A stretch of DNA of 64,000 nt, taken from positions 686 to 64,685 of the IMG/VR virus record IMGVR_UViG_3300042973_000027; one strand, 5' to 3'. This DNA is from a virus. Its lineage: Duplodnaviria > Caudoviricetes. The position numbers were made by a program, and so were the translations under genes. The notes beneath the pieces are model-generated. The model was given only the letters and a program-made list of their open reading frames with translations, was not told where the DNA came from and did no database searches. Every line of letters starts with the position of its first letter. Position 1 is the first letter of the stretch. This document shows, one piece after another, positions 1 through 8,286 of this stretch.

Positions 1-963
1 GAGGCGTCTGCCTGGGAGGAGGAGTTCTCCTCGAACGCGCAAGGCTCGGTCAGCTCCACCTTCGCCGCTTTCTACGAGGTCTACGAGGCCGACATGCGCC
101 CGCGCCTGCGCGATCACACCTGGTACACCAAGAGCTACATGATCGAGGGCAAGATACTCCCGTACTTCGGCAACATGCGCGTGGACGAGATTGAGCCCAT
201 CGACGTGGTGCGCTGGCAGAACCGACTCATGGCCCACCGCAACGAGAGGGGCGAGCCCTACGCGCCCACCTACCTGCGCTCGGTGAACAACCAACTCTCC
301 GCCATCTTCAACCATGCCGTGCGCTACTACGGCCTCAAGGGCAACCCCTGCGCGAAGACCACGCGCATGGGCTCGTCCAAGGGCGGCGAGATGCTCTTCT
401 GGACGCGCGAGGAGTACCTGCGCTTCGCCGACGCGGTGTCCGACAAGCCGGAGAGCTACTACGCCTTCGAGGTGCTCTACTGGTGCGGCCTGCGCCTTGG
501 CGAGCTCCTGGCCCTCACGCCGCCAGACTTCGACTTCTCCCGCTCCGAGCTCAAGGTGACGAAGTCCTACCAGCGCCTGCACGGACGCGACGTGGTGACG
601 CCGCCCAAGACGCCCAAGTCCGTCCGAACCATCGTGATGCCCAAGTTCCTCACCGACGAGCTCGAACAGTGGGTGGAATCGCTTCCCATCGGGGAGGACG
701 AGCGCATCTTCACCTTCACCAAGGCAAAACTCCACCACGAGCTCGACCGCGGCTGCAAGCACTCGCGCGTCAAGCGCATCCGCATCCACGACCTGCGCCA
801 CAGCCACGTCTCGCTGCTCATAGAGATGGGCTTCTCCGCCGTGGCCATAGCCGAGCGCCTGGGCCACGAGAGCTCGGACGTGACCTTCCGCTACGCGCAC
901 CTCTTCCCCGACAAGCAGGGAGAGATGGCGCGCGCCCTCGACGCGACCAGGGCGGGCATCTGA
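1..963 (+). CDS. Tyrosine recombinase/integrase (5' partial; frame open from base 1)
   Basis: WCGLRLGELLAL (catalytic R), IHDLRHSH (HxxR), LGH, FRYAH (catalytic Y). Confidence 0.95.
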   Translation, partial: EASAWEEEFSSNAQGSVSSTFAAFYEVYEADMRPRLRDHTWYTKSYMIEGKILPYFGNMRVDEIEPIDVVRWQNRLMAHRNERGEPYAPTYLRSVNNQLSAIFNHAVRYYGLKGNPCAKTTRMGSSKGGEMLFWTREEYLRFADAVSDKPESYYAFEVLYWCGLRLGELLALTPPDFDFSRSELKVTKSYQRLHGRDVVTPPKTPKSVRTIVMPKFLTDELEQWVESLPIGEDERIFTFTKAKLHHELDRGCKHSRVKRIRIHDLRHSHVSLLIEMGFSAVAIAERLGHESSDVTFRYAHLFPDKQGEMARALDATRAGI

Positions 964-1331
964 TGCCGTGCCCGAACGACCGCAGGAGGCGGAGCGCCAC
1001 GGTGGCCTTCCGGATGACGCCGGAGCAGAAGCTCTGGCTCGACCGGGTTGCGGCCGAGAGCGGCATGAGCAAGCAGGACTTCATCATGGCGAGGCTGCAC
1101 GACGAGGCAATCACCGTGGTGCCGAACATCCGGGTGTACCGCGCCCTGCGCGAGAACATGCTGGAACTGCTTAGGGAGCTGTCGCGGATACAGGCCGGCG
1201 GCACCGTCGACGAGCGGCTTCACGACGAGGTGGAGCGCCTGACCAAGGAGTTCATCGACCTGCGCGGGGAGGTGGACGCCGCCACCGTCAACACCGAGCG
1301 ACATGACATACTCGAGATGAGCCGTCGATAG
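963..1331 (+). CDS. Ribbon-helix-helix/MobC-like protein, 122 aa
   Basis: TGATG overlap with integrase stop; RSATVAFRMTPEQKLWLDRVAAESGMSKQDFI RHH pattern. Confidence 0.75.
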   Translation: MPCPNDRRRRSATVAFRMTPEQKLWLDRVAAESGMSKQDFIMARLHDEAITVVPNIRVYRALRENMLELLRELSRIQAGGTVDERLHDEVERLTKEFIDLRGEVDAATVNTERHDILEMSRR

Positions 1332-1504
1332 CCCTGCATGCCTGGCAGATAGCAGAACCGCAGTCCCTCGTGGCGATGAGGGCAACGTTGCCAGCGCACG
1401 CATCCTCCAGAGCCCGAGATGCCCCTGCGACGTACCCTGACGCTTCTCCAAGCCTCGTGTGAGCATCCAATGCCTCCTTGCACCTTGCCCACCTCCAGGG
1501 GCTC

Positions 1505-1665
1505 TCCTTGGACTCTTGCAGGCTCGCCGGGAACCGCCTACGGCCGCAAGGGCCGCAAAAACTTTTTGCCGGGCACGGGGCGCCCTTTCGAAAACTCGGG
1601 CCCTCCGGGTTTTGCTTTCCCCCTTGCACCCGCGCGAACCCCGCCGGCATGCGAGCCACAAGGCG
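1505..1665 (+). promoter_or_regulatory. Nested inverted-repeat structure upstream of YraN-like gene (candidate ssDNA promoter)
   Basis: Pairs GGCTCGC 1521-1527/1651-1657, GCAAGGG 1546-1552/1621-1627, GCAAAA 1555-1560/1610-1615. Confidence 0.5.
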
Positions 1666-1701
1666 CGCCACCGGGGCGGGCCGGGAGCTAAGGAGGACGT
1701 T

Positions 1702-2052
1702 ATGGAGGCCATCGACACCAGGGCCAAGAAGGGCATCAGGGTCTACCTCGAGCGCAGAGGCTTCGAGATCTTGGAGGAGGGCTGGGCGCACGGCGGGGAC
1801 GTCGCCGACTTCATCGCCCGCGACGAGGACGACCTGGTCTTCGTCCACTGCCAGATCACGCAGAACGGCGGCGAGGGATTTCCCGAGGAGGACGCGAATC
1901 GCGTGGTGCTCGAACGGCTCGCGGCTGCCTACCTCGCCGAGCACCTGGACTCCGAGGACATCCGGATCAGGTTCGACGTCGTGAGTATGCTCATCGTCGG
2001 CGAGAGCCGGGCGCTTCTTCGCCACCACCTCAACGCACTCGGCACGCTCTAA
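1702..2052 (+). CDS. YraN (UPF0102)-like PD-(D/E)XK-fold protein, 116 aa
   Basis: AGGAGG RBS; YLERRGFEILE...DFIARDEDDLVFV...IRFDVV matches the YraN pattern; usual EVK reads HCQ. Confidence 0.8.
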   Translation: MEAIDTRAKKGIRVYLERRGFEILEEGWAHGGDVADFIARDEDDLVFVHCQITQNGGEGFPEEDANRVVLERLAAAYLAEHLDSEDIRIRFDVVSMLIVGESRALLRHHLNALGTL

Positions 2053-2059
2053 GCGCAGG

Positions 2060-2090
2060 GCGCCCCTGGGAGCTTCGGCTCCGGGGGCGC
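2060..2090. terminator. GC-rich hairpin between convergent yraN-like and ARH genes
   Basis: GCGCCCC..GAGC-TTCG-GCTC..GGGGCGC. Confidence 0.65.
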
Positions 2091-2119
2091 TGTCCATGCA
2101 GAATCATGCGCTGACTGAA

Positions 2120-3238
2120 CTACTTCCTTTCGGTGACATCCGGATACGTGTGATAGATGTACTTGTTCGTCCAGACCTCGTCTTCGTAGTCGCCGAATTC
2201 AGTCATCTGGCAGTCGTTGTAGAGGTCGTCAGCGACCTCTTGAATCACGTCCTTTAGCTCCAGATTCTCGATGAATTTGTTCGGTATTCCCGAGATGCCG
2301 AGGCTCGCTCCCATGATGTTCCCGGTCACGGCACCGGTAGAGTCGCTGTCACCGTTGTGGTTTACGGCAGCTACTAGGGCCGCTTCGAAGTCGTCGGGGT
2401 GCTTTATGGCGCAGTAGGTCGCTATCGCGAGCGTCTCCTCAGCCACCCATCCCTCGCCGAGGGAGTGAATCGCGTCAAGGTCGTCGATGTTCTCATGAGC
2501 GAGTTCAACCGCCCTCTCCATGAGGTTCACGAAGGCGTTCAGGTGCCTTGCATCGGGAAACAAGCCTTTGACGGCGTCTATTGCGGAAATGACGGCTTCT
2601 TCGATGCTTGAATCCTCGTGGACAAGGATGTTAATCATGTGCGTAAGCGCAGCTGCCGGTATGTATCCCAGCTCATGCCCGTGAGTGATGGCGGCGACCT
2701 CCGCCCCGACCAGGTCCGGGTTCTCAACCTGCCGGCCTTCCGGCGCGAAGTACAGGCCGACCGGGGCGACCCTCATGACGCCACCGCAACCTTTGCTGTC
2801 ATTTATCGGCTCATCGATGGTCCCTGTCTTCCCGCTGCGCAGCGCAAAAAGACACGTGTTGCCGGGAGCCCGCCTGTCGAACAGCTCGGGGATGTTTACC
2901 AGCCAGGAATAGGAGTCTTCCGTGTTGAGCGGATATTGCCTGGTCTGTGTTCGCAGCCAGTCCCCATAGCAAAGCGCTACATAGGAGGGGTAGCTTCCCA
3001 TGATGCCTCGCATCATGCCGCGCGTCGTTCCAAGCAGGAGCCCTGTCGCCGTGAAGAGTGCCATCTGCGTGTCGTCGGAAATCTGTGCGACACCGTCTAC
3101 GAGCTCGTAGCTGGTAATACCGGAGGGTCCGTAGTGCCTGGATATCTCGCGCTCATCGAGAAACTCAACCGGATAGCCGAGCGCATCCCCGGCAGCACCT
3201 CCTATGAGGCAGCCCCTGTACTTGTCCAAGTTCTTCAT
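2120..3238 (-). CDS. ADP-ribosylglycohydrolase family protein
   Basis: GAAGDALG, SDDTQMA, SKGCGGVMRVAP, GDSDSTGA; start moved to MKNLDK (GGGAGG RBS). Confidence 0.92.
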   Translation of the reverse strand: MKNLDKYRGCLIGGAAGDALGYPVEFLDEREISRHYGPSGITSYELVDGVAQISDDTQMALFTATGLLLGTTRGMMRGIMGSYPSYVALCYGDWLRTQTRQYPLNTEDSYSWLVNIPELFDRRAPGNTCLFALRSGKTGTIDEPINDSKGCGGVMRVAPVGLYFAPEGRQVENPDLVGAEVAAITHGHELGYIPAAALTHMINILVHEDSSIEEAVISAIDAVKGLFPDARHLNAFVNLMERAVELAHENIDDLDAIHSLGEGWVAEETLAIATYCAIKHPDDFEAALVAAVNHNGDSDSTGAVTGNIMGASLGISGIPNKFIENLELKDVIQEVADDLYNDCQMTEFGDYEDEVWTNKYIYHTYPDVTERK

Positions 3239-3299
3239 GAGGCCTCCCGATTGCTTTCCTATAGCTGTGAAAGTGCCGAGCCCAGGCGCGCCTGCTTTG

Positions 3300-4061
3300 C
3301 TAACGTCCAAACCCTTCTTCAAAACCGCGCCTGGGACGGAACTTATGTCCCGCCTTGAGCTGCCCTATCATCGAGCTGATTTTCTTGGAATCTTCTGCGG
3401 ACATCCCTAGCTCCGCGCACCGGAGGAGCACCGTCTCTGGGTCAACCTGCCTCCAGTCGGCTTGATGGTTCATGAGGTCCGCCTTGAAGCGTTCCTCTTC
3501 TCGCCACTGCAGTCTGTTGTTGTAACCGGCAGCACATTGCGCGAGAAAGCCAAGTATATGATCGAGCGCCTCCGGTATCTCATCCTTCATGCTCGCATAC
3601 ACGGGCTGCATGTCAGCCCTCATCAGCTCGCCGTTTGCGTTGACGACGACAAAGGTGGGCTTAAATGCAGCCTTGAACCAGCTGCAGTCCTTCTCGGTCC
3701 AGGGGACAATGAAGACACGTTCGAGGCCGCTGCTTCTAATCTCGCCATCAATTGTCGGATCTGTGTATACAGCCATGAGATTGCCCGCAGCATTGGAAAC
3801 GCCTCTGCCCGACCAATTCAGCGAGATGCCGTAACTGGCAAGCTTGTCCTCCGCCTTCTTGAGCTCGGTGTCCGTTTTCACATCCAGGGAGTTTCGCATG
3901 GTCCCTTTGCCCTGCGTGAGGATGCTGCCGCCGCCGTTGGCATTGAGCCATGCGGCGCCGGCAGCTATGGCAGCGCTGTTAGGGCCAACGGTATCGATAA
4001 GAAAATACTCAATGGCATTGTCTTTGTTCATATGCAGCCTCTCAATTTCCAGCTGGCTCAC
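3300..4061 (-). CDS. Hypothetical protein, 253 aa
   Basis: GTGA overlap with upstream GmrSD stop; no family recognised. Confidence 0.75.
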   Translation of the reverse strand: MSQLEIERLHMNKDNAIEYFLIDTVGPNSAAIAAGAAWLNANGGGSILTQGKGTMRNSLDVKTDTELKKAEDKLASYGISLNWSGRGVSNAAGNLMAVYTDPTIDGEIRSSGLERVFIVPWTEKDCSWFKAAFKPTFVVVNANGELMRADMQPVYASMKDEIPEALDHILGFLAQCAAGYNNRLQWREEERFKADLMNHQADWRQVDPETVLLRCAELGMSAEDSKKISSMIGQLKAGHKFRPRRGFEEGFGR

Positions 4062-5791
4062 TTGAGCAGACCGAGCTCACCCAGATAGTCGACAAACGAG
4101 CTGATTATCTCGTCGGTGCGCTTCGTGATATCGCCTTCGGTGAAGTCCTCGCGCGTACGGGCAAGCTCCAGCAGCTCCTCGTTGTCGGTGCCCACTTTCT
4201 CAATACCCTTGTCGTTCACAAAGCCCTCGTAGTACTTCTTCTTGTCGCTGAAGCGATAGTCAGACGCCCTGATGTTCACGTGCTTCTCGAGCATCGCCTT
4301 GTTGCCCAACGCCTCGATGTTCGACGAGTCGCTCAGGGGTGCCGTCTCGGTTCGCTTCTTCGCGTAGATATGCTCGATTTCGAGCGTTGTGTCGAGACTC
4401 ATGAGCTTCTGCTTGGGATTTTGGAACGCCCACCATACGAGCATCGAGCGCGTGAAGCGCCTCTGGTTCGTGAATGCGTACGCCTTGAATCGCGATGTGA
4501 TGTCTTCGCGGCCGAAGCGGTATGCAGAAAACTCCACAGGCTTTTGGTCGATGATGTTCTCCATCTGCGGGAAGACGGGCACGCGCAGGGCGTTCACGCC
4601 CGGACGCTCCATCGAGTAGGCGTATATGAACCCTGTGATGAGCTGCAGGAAATCGTAGAGCGCCGCCTCGTCGCAGGAACCATCCTCGTCGTGGTTGGCG
4701 AGGAACCAGACAGACAGCAGGTATGTCCACATGCCGTTCGGGGCGTAGTTGAGCACGAACAGCTCGCGCAGCACCCTCTCCGAGAACCCCTCCTGGCGGT
4801 CTACCTTTTTCCAGAAATCCAGCAGGACCTCTAGATCGGACAGGGATTCTTCGCTCTTGAGCATCTTGTAGGAGTCCTGACCGAAGAAATCGCGCAGTGA
4901 CTGCGTCGTGGTGCTGTGGATATGCTTGCAAGCGCGACGGTAGTACATGTAACGGGTAAAGAGCTCGTCCATCGGGGTACCCACCGCCGGGTAAAAGATG
5001 TCCGTTGCGGTCTCCTCAAGCGCCTTCCAGTGTTCTATAAACTCGTCTTTACGGCCTAGGGAGGAGAAATACTTGTAGAACTGGCTCTTGAAGATGTCCG
5101 CATCTGCGAGCGGAAGCCCGCGGTCATTGAGCGTAGAGAAGATGCGCAGCGCCGTATCCTGCGATTCCGCCTCGATGGGCAGCAAAATGACGTTATTCAG
5201 GATGCGCGTGGCAAGCAGGGCGACGTACGACGGCCACTCGCTGGCCATGTCGGTTATCTTCTGCTGGAAGTAGCGGCAGTTGCAGGCATACGAGCTCTTC
5301 CATCCTTGCTCGACCACGCCGCTCTTGAGGATTTCCAGGAACTCGCCCTTGTCGTTGTCAGACGCGACCTCAGAGTCGATTTTGAGGCGGTTCATGTCCG
5401 GCTCGTCGAACTCGTCCGTCTTCCAGACACAGCGGGCGATGCTCTCGCGCACCTGCTTCGACTGCTTGTCCTTCATGTTCCCGAACTTGTCATAGAAGGC
5501 GCGCAACAATAGCATGATGGTCGTGAGACGCTGCTGGCCATCGATGATTTCAAGCTGGCTGTCGTCGTTGCGGAACGTAACTATAGGACCCAGGAAGTAC
5601 TCGTCGGATTCGCGTTTGAACTTGTCGCAGTCGTCATCCGGAAACGCGAATGCGAACAGGTCGTCCCAAAGCGTCGCGCATTCGTCCTCTCCCCAGGCGT
5701 ACGGCCTCTGGTAGTCGGGAATGAGGAAGTCCGCGTGCTTCTCTGTCAGTAACTCCCTGATGCTCTTCTGGTCAATGTTTAGCTTTGACAT
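4058..5791 (-). CDS. DUF262-DUF1524 (GmrSD-type) modification-dependent endonuclease
   Basis: PDYQRPYAW, IIDGQQRLTT, FSTLNDRG (DUF262); IEHIYAK...LGNKAMLEKHVN (HNH-like DUF1524). Confidence 0.9.
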   Translation of the reverse strand: MSKLNIDQKSIRELLTEKHADFLIPDYQRPYAWGEDECATLWDDLFAFAFPDDDCDKFKRESDEYFLGPIVTFRNDDSQLEIIDGQQRLTTIMLLLRAFYDKFGNMKDKQSKQVRESIARCVWKTDEFDEPDMNRLKIDSEVASDNDKGEFLEILKSGVVEQGWKSSYACNCRYFQQKITDMASEWPSYVALLATRILNNVILLPIEAESQDTALRIFSTLNDRGLPLADADIFKSQFYKYFSSLGRKDEFIEHWKALEETATDIFYPAVGTPMDELFTRYMYYRRACKHIHSTTTQSLRDFFGQDSYKMLKSEESLSDLEVLLDFWKKVDRQEGFSERVLRELFVLNYAPNGMWTYLLSVWFLANHDEDGSCDEAALYDFLQLITGFIYAYSMERPGVNALRVPVFPQMENIIDQKPVEFSAYRFGREDITSRFKAYAFTNQRRFTRSMLVWWAFQNPKQKLMSLDTTLEIEHIYAKKRTETAPLSDSSNIEALGNKAMLEKHVNIRASDYRFSDKKKYYEGFVNDKGIEKVGTDNEELLELARTREDFTEGDITKRTDEIISSFVDYLGELGLLK

Positions 5792-5812
5792 GCAATCGGC
5801 CTCGTTCTCTAT

Positions 5813-6142
5813 CTATTTGCCCTTATTTGCACCCTTGATTGGAGTGGCGAGGCCCTTTTCAATAATTTCGTGACGTGCTGACACTAAGTCGCTGTTCAAA
5901 AGTGTGATGTATTCGCTGCAAACATTTTGATACATTGCAGTTGTTCCCTCACCTTTTTCTTCCAGCCTCACTGTCACATCATCTTTCATGACTTCCGCTA
6001 GCAAGCTTTCATAAACAGCTTTTAGCTCGTTGATTCCATTCTTACTTGTTAGCGTGACGTCTTGCTTTTTTTCGTTAATAGTGAAACGTAGAACTTCGTT
6101 GTCATTGTCGATTTTTACGACTTGGGCTGTGATGTCTTTCAT
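5813..6142 (-). CDS. Hypothetical protein, 109 aa
   Basis: ATGA overlap with PHP-ATPase stop; same low GC. Confidence 0.75.
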   Translation of the reverse strand: MKDITAQVVKIDNDNEVLRFTINEKKQDVTLTSKNGINELKAVYESLLAEVMKDDVTVRLEEKGEGTTAMYQNVCSEYITLLNSDLVSARHEIIEKGLATPIKGANKGK

Positions 6143-8286
6143 TCCATACCTGCCTCGTATACGTCTTTACGGTTGTAAAAAGCTTCCTTGCTGCCCTCTA
6201 GTACCTCAAGGCTCTTTTTTGTCCAACTGAGCACATTTTCAGCATCATCGATGTCAATTAGCTTGTCCGTGAACGGATTGCCGACATAGGTTCTGTAGGT
6301 GCCGTTGTCATGTTCCCGGTACACCGATAGATACGGGAGTGTTCTGACCGCGAGGTTTGCGTTGTGGGTCGAAAGGATAACGGTCTTGCCCTGCCTTGCA
6401 AGATTTTGTACTCGCTCTCTGATAACGGCATCCACATACGAATTACTCATGCCGAGCTCGGCCTCATCGAGTATGTACACGTCCCTGTCTTCGCTTAGCG
6501 TGTGACTAAGGAGCAGGATTCCCTCTTCGCCGCTTGATGGAGTGTATTCATCGTTGGTGTTGTTTAGCGCAACGTATCTGCTGATTCCGATGAATGGGGA
6601 AAGATCCGTTATGGCGTATTCGCTGCACAGCGCTGCGAAATCTTTTTGCTTTGCATTCGCCATTGATCCCATTGCTTGATCTCGTACTTCTTCAAGCGCA
6701 GTCTTCTGTGCCCTTAGGTTGCGAATACCCTTCTCGAACTCTTTAGCCTTGGAATCCTTTGTAAGGTACCTGTACCGAGTCACAACGTAGGCATCACCCT
6801 TATCGCCTAGGTCGCCTAAATATTCTCTTCCAAATTCACTGTCTGGGTCGATTGGCCCGAGGGCGTCTATCAGCTTTTCAGCGGTTTCTTTAAGCTCTAT
6901 TCGCGCTTTAACAAAAGCAAGAAAGCCTGTAGATCCCGGCATAGATTTCGTTTCGGATTTGGCGTCGATCTCGTTTTTCATTTTTTTCAAAGCAGCATTA
7001 GCGAGCTCTATGCTTCGATATTCGATGAAGTGCTTTTTTGACTGTTGATGGATGTTCCTATCCAGTTTTTCTAGTAAAGCAAGAAGTGCGTCGGCGTCTT
7101 GCTTTTCGAGATAGTTGCCATATTCATTGGCACGATAAGCGGCGATGAATCCTGAAACTGCCTTGTGCACTTTTTGATCTGAGGTAAATTCGCTGTTTGA
7201 AAGCTCATCGAGGCTTTGAGCGATAGATAACTCGAACCTATCCTTGTTCCTGTTGTTTCCACGTGTGCTCCACCAAGTTACGTATTCACTTAAGGCGGTC
7301 GGTGTCGCATCTGTCCATTCTAGAATCTTCTCAATCTCATCCGAACCGGTGATTCTTCCGAAGCGCGATGGCTCGCGAACAAGGCTTTCGGTTGATAGCA
7401 ACTTGTTGAAACCTTCATGCTTCGCGCTTCCGTAGTAACTGCAGCATGTTCTACCTTCTGACTGCAGAACTTTTTCAATCGACTTCAGTATCTCTGTCTT
7501 GCCGGTACCTTTTTGGCCGAATACAACATTGATGTCTTCCTTCAGGGTAAGATTTACATCAACTCCTGAGTGGGGATGAGCAACAACGTTAAAGGAACCA
7601 CGCTTGCCAAGAAGCGTTTCGATGGTTTTGCCATCCCTCTTTGCAAGCAGACAAAACTGCTCAAACGTACTTACGGAGAGCCTTAGATCAGGAAGCTCGC
7701 AGTTCGGATAATTTCCCCAATCCTGCACGTCGCTCCCGAGCATCATGTTGAAGCCGTGGTTGGACCAGATGCCAACTGTTACCAGGCTTCTAGGTTCATA
7801 GAAGAGCCGCCACTTTTCATCTTCTCCGACGAGAGCTTCCATCTCGCTCATGTCGTCTTGGGAAATATGGGGGCTCTTGTCGTGGGCGTGAGATATGAAT
7901 ATTGCGCCGATATCTCGGAAGCAGTCGAACACATCTTTCACGTTTACCAGTACTTCATCGGGTGATGTGTTCCCCAGAAGCTGTTTCAACGCGGAATCAA
8001 ACCGCTCTTTTTTCGACGGGCTGGTAATTACCAGCATATGCCAGTGAGACTTCTCTCTACTACTGTAAACGTCGAGTTCAACACCAGGCCAAAGTCGCTC
8101 CGTTTCACCAAGCTCTTCACAAAAGCGGTTGAACTGTTCCAAGTCAAAAATATTGTGGTTCGTAATAGCGACAATATCAACCTGCGCACTTTCAATAGCG
8201 CTTTTGAAGTGCGCAGGTTCAGCATTGCGGTTGGGAGAATCGCCTCGTTTGCACTTCTTAGTATGGCAATGTAAATCTATCCTCAC
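6139..8286 (-). CDS. PHP phosphoesterase + split ABC-type ATPase (Ppl/TrlF-like)
   Basis: DLHCHT, AITNHN, GVELD, SHAH, GSD; Walker A GQKGTGKT; SSGE; ILDEAE; STHN. Confidence 0.88.
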   Translation of the reverse strand: MRIDLHCHTKKCKRGDSPNRNAEPAHFKSAIESAQVDIVAITNHNIFDLEQFNRFCEELGETERLWPGVELDVYSSREKSHWHMLVITSPSKKERFDSALKQLLGNTSPDEVLVNVKDVFDCFRDIGAIFISHAHDKSPHISQDDMSEMEALVGEDEKWRLFYEPRSLVTVGIWSNHGFNMMLGSDVQDWGNYPNCELPDLRLSVSTFEQFCLLAKRDGKTIETLLGKRGSFNVVAHPHSGVDVNLTLKEDINVVFGQKGTGKTEILKSIEKVLQSEGRTCCSYYGSAKHEGFNKLLSTESLVREPSRFGRITGSDEIEKILEWTDATPTALSEYVTWWSTRGNNRNKDRFELSIAQSLDELSNSEFTSDQKVHKAVSGFIAAYRANEYGNYLEKQDADALLALLEKLDRNIHQQSKKHFIEYRSIELANAALKKMKNEIDAKSETKSMPGSTGFLAFVKARIELKETAEKLIDALGPIDPDSEFGREYLGDLGDKGDAYVVTRYRYLTKDSKAKEFEKGIRNLRAQKTALEEVRDQAMGSMANAKQKDFAALCSEYAITDLSPFIGISRYVALNNTNDEYTPSSGEEGILLLSHTLSEDRDVYILDEAELGMSNSYVDAVIRERVQNLARQGKTVILSTHNANLAVRTLPYLSVYREHDNGTYRTYVGNPFTDKLIDIDDAENVLSWTKKSLEVLEGSKEAFYNRKDVYEAGME

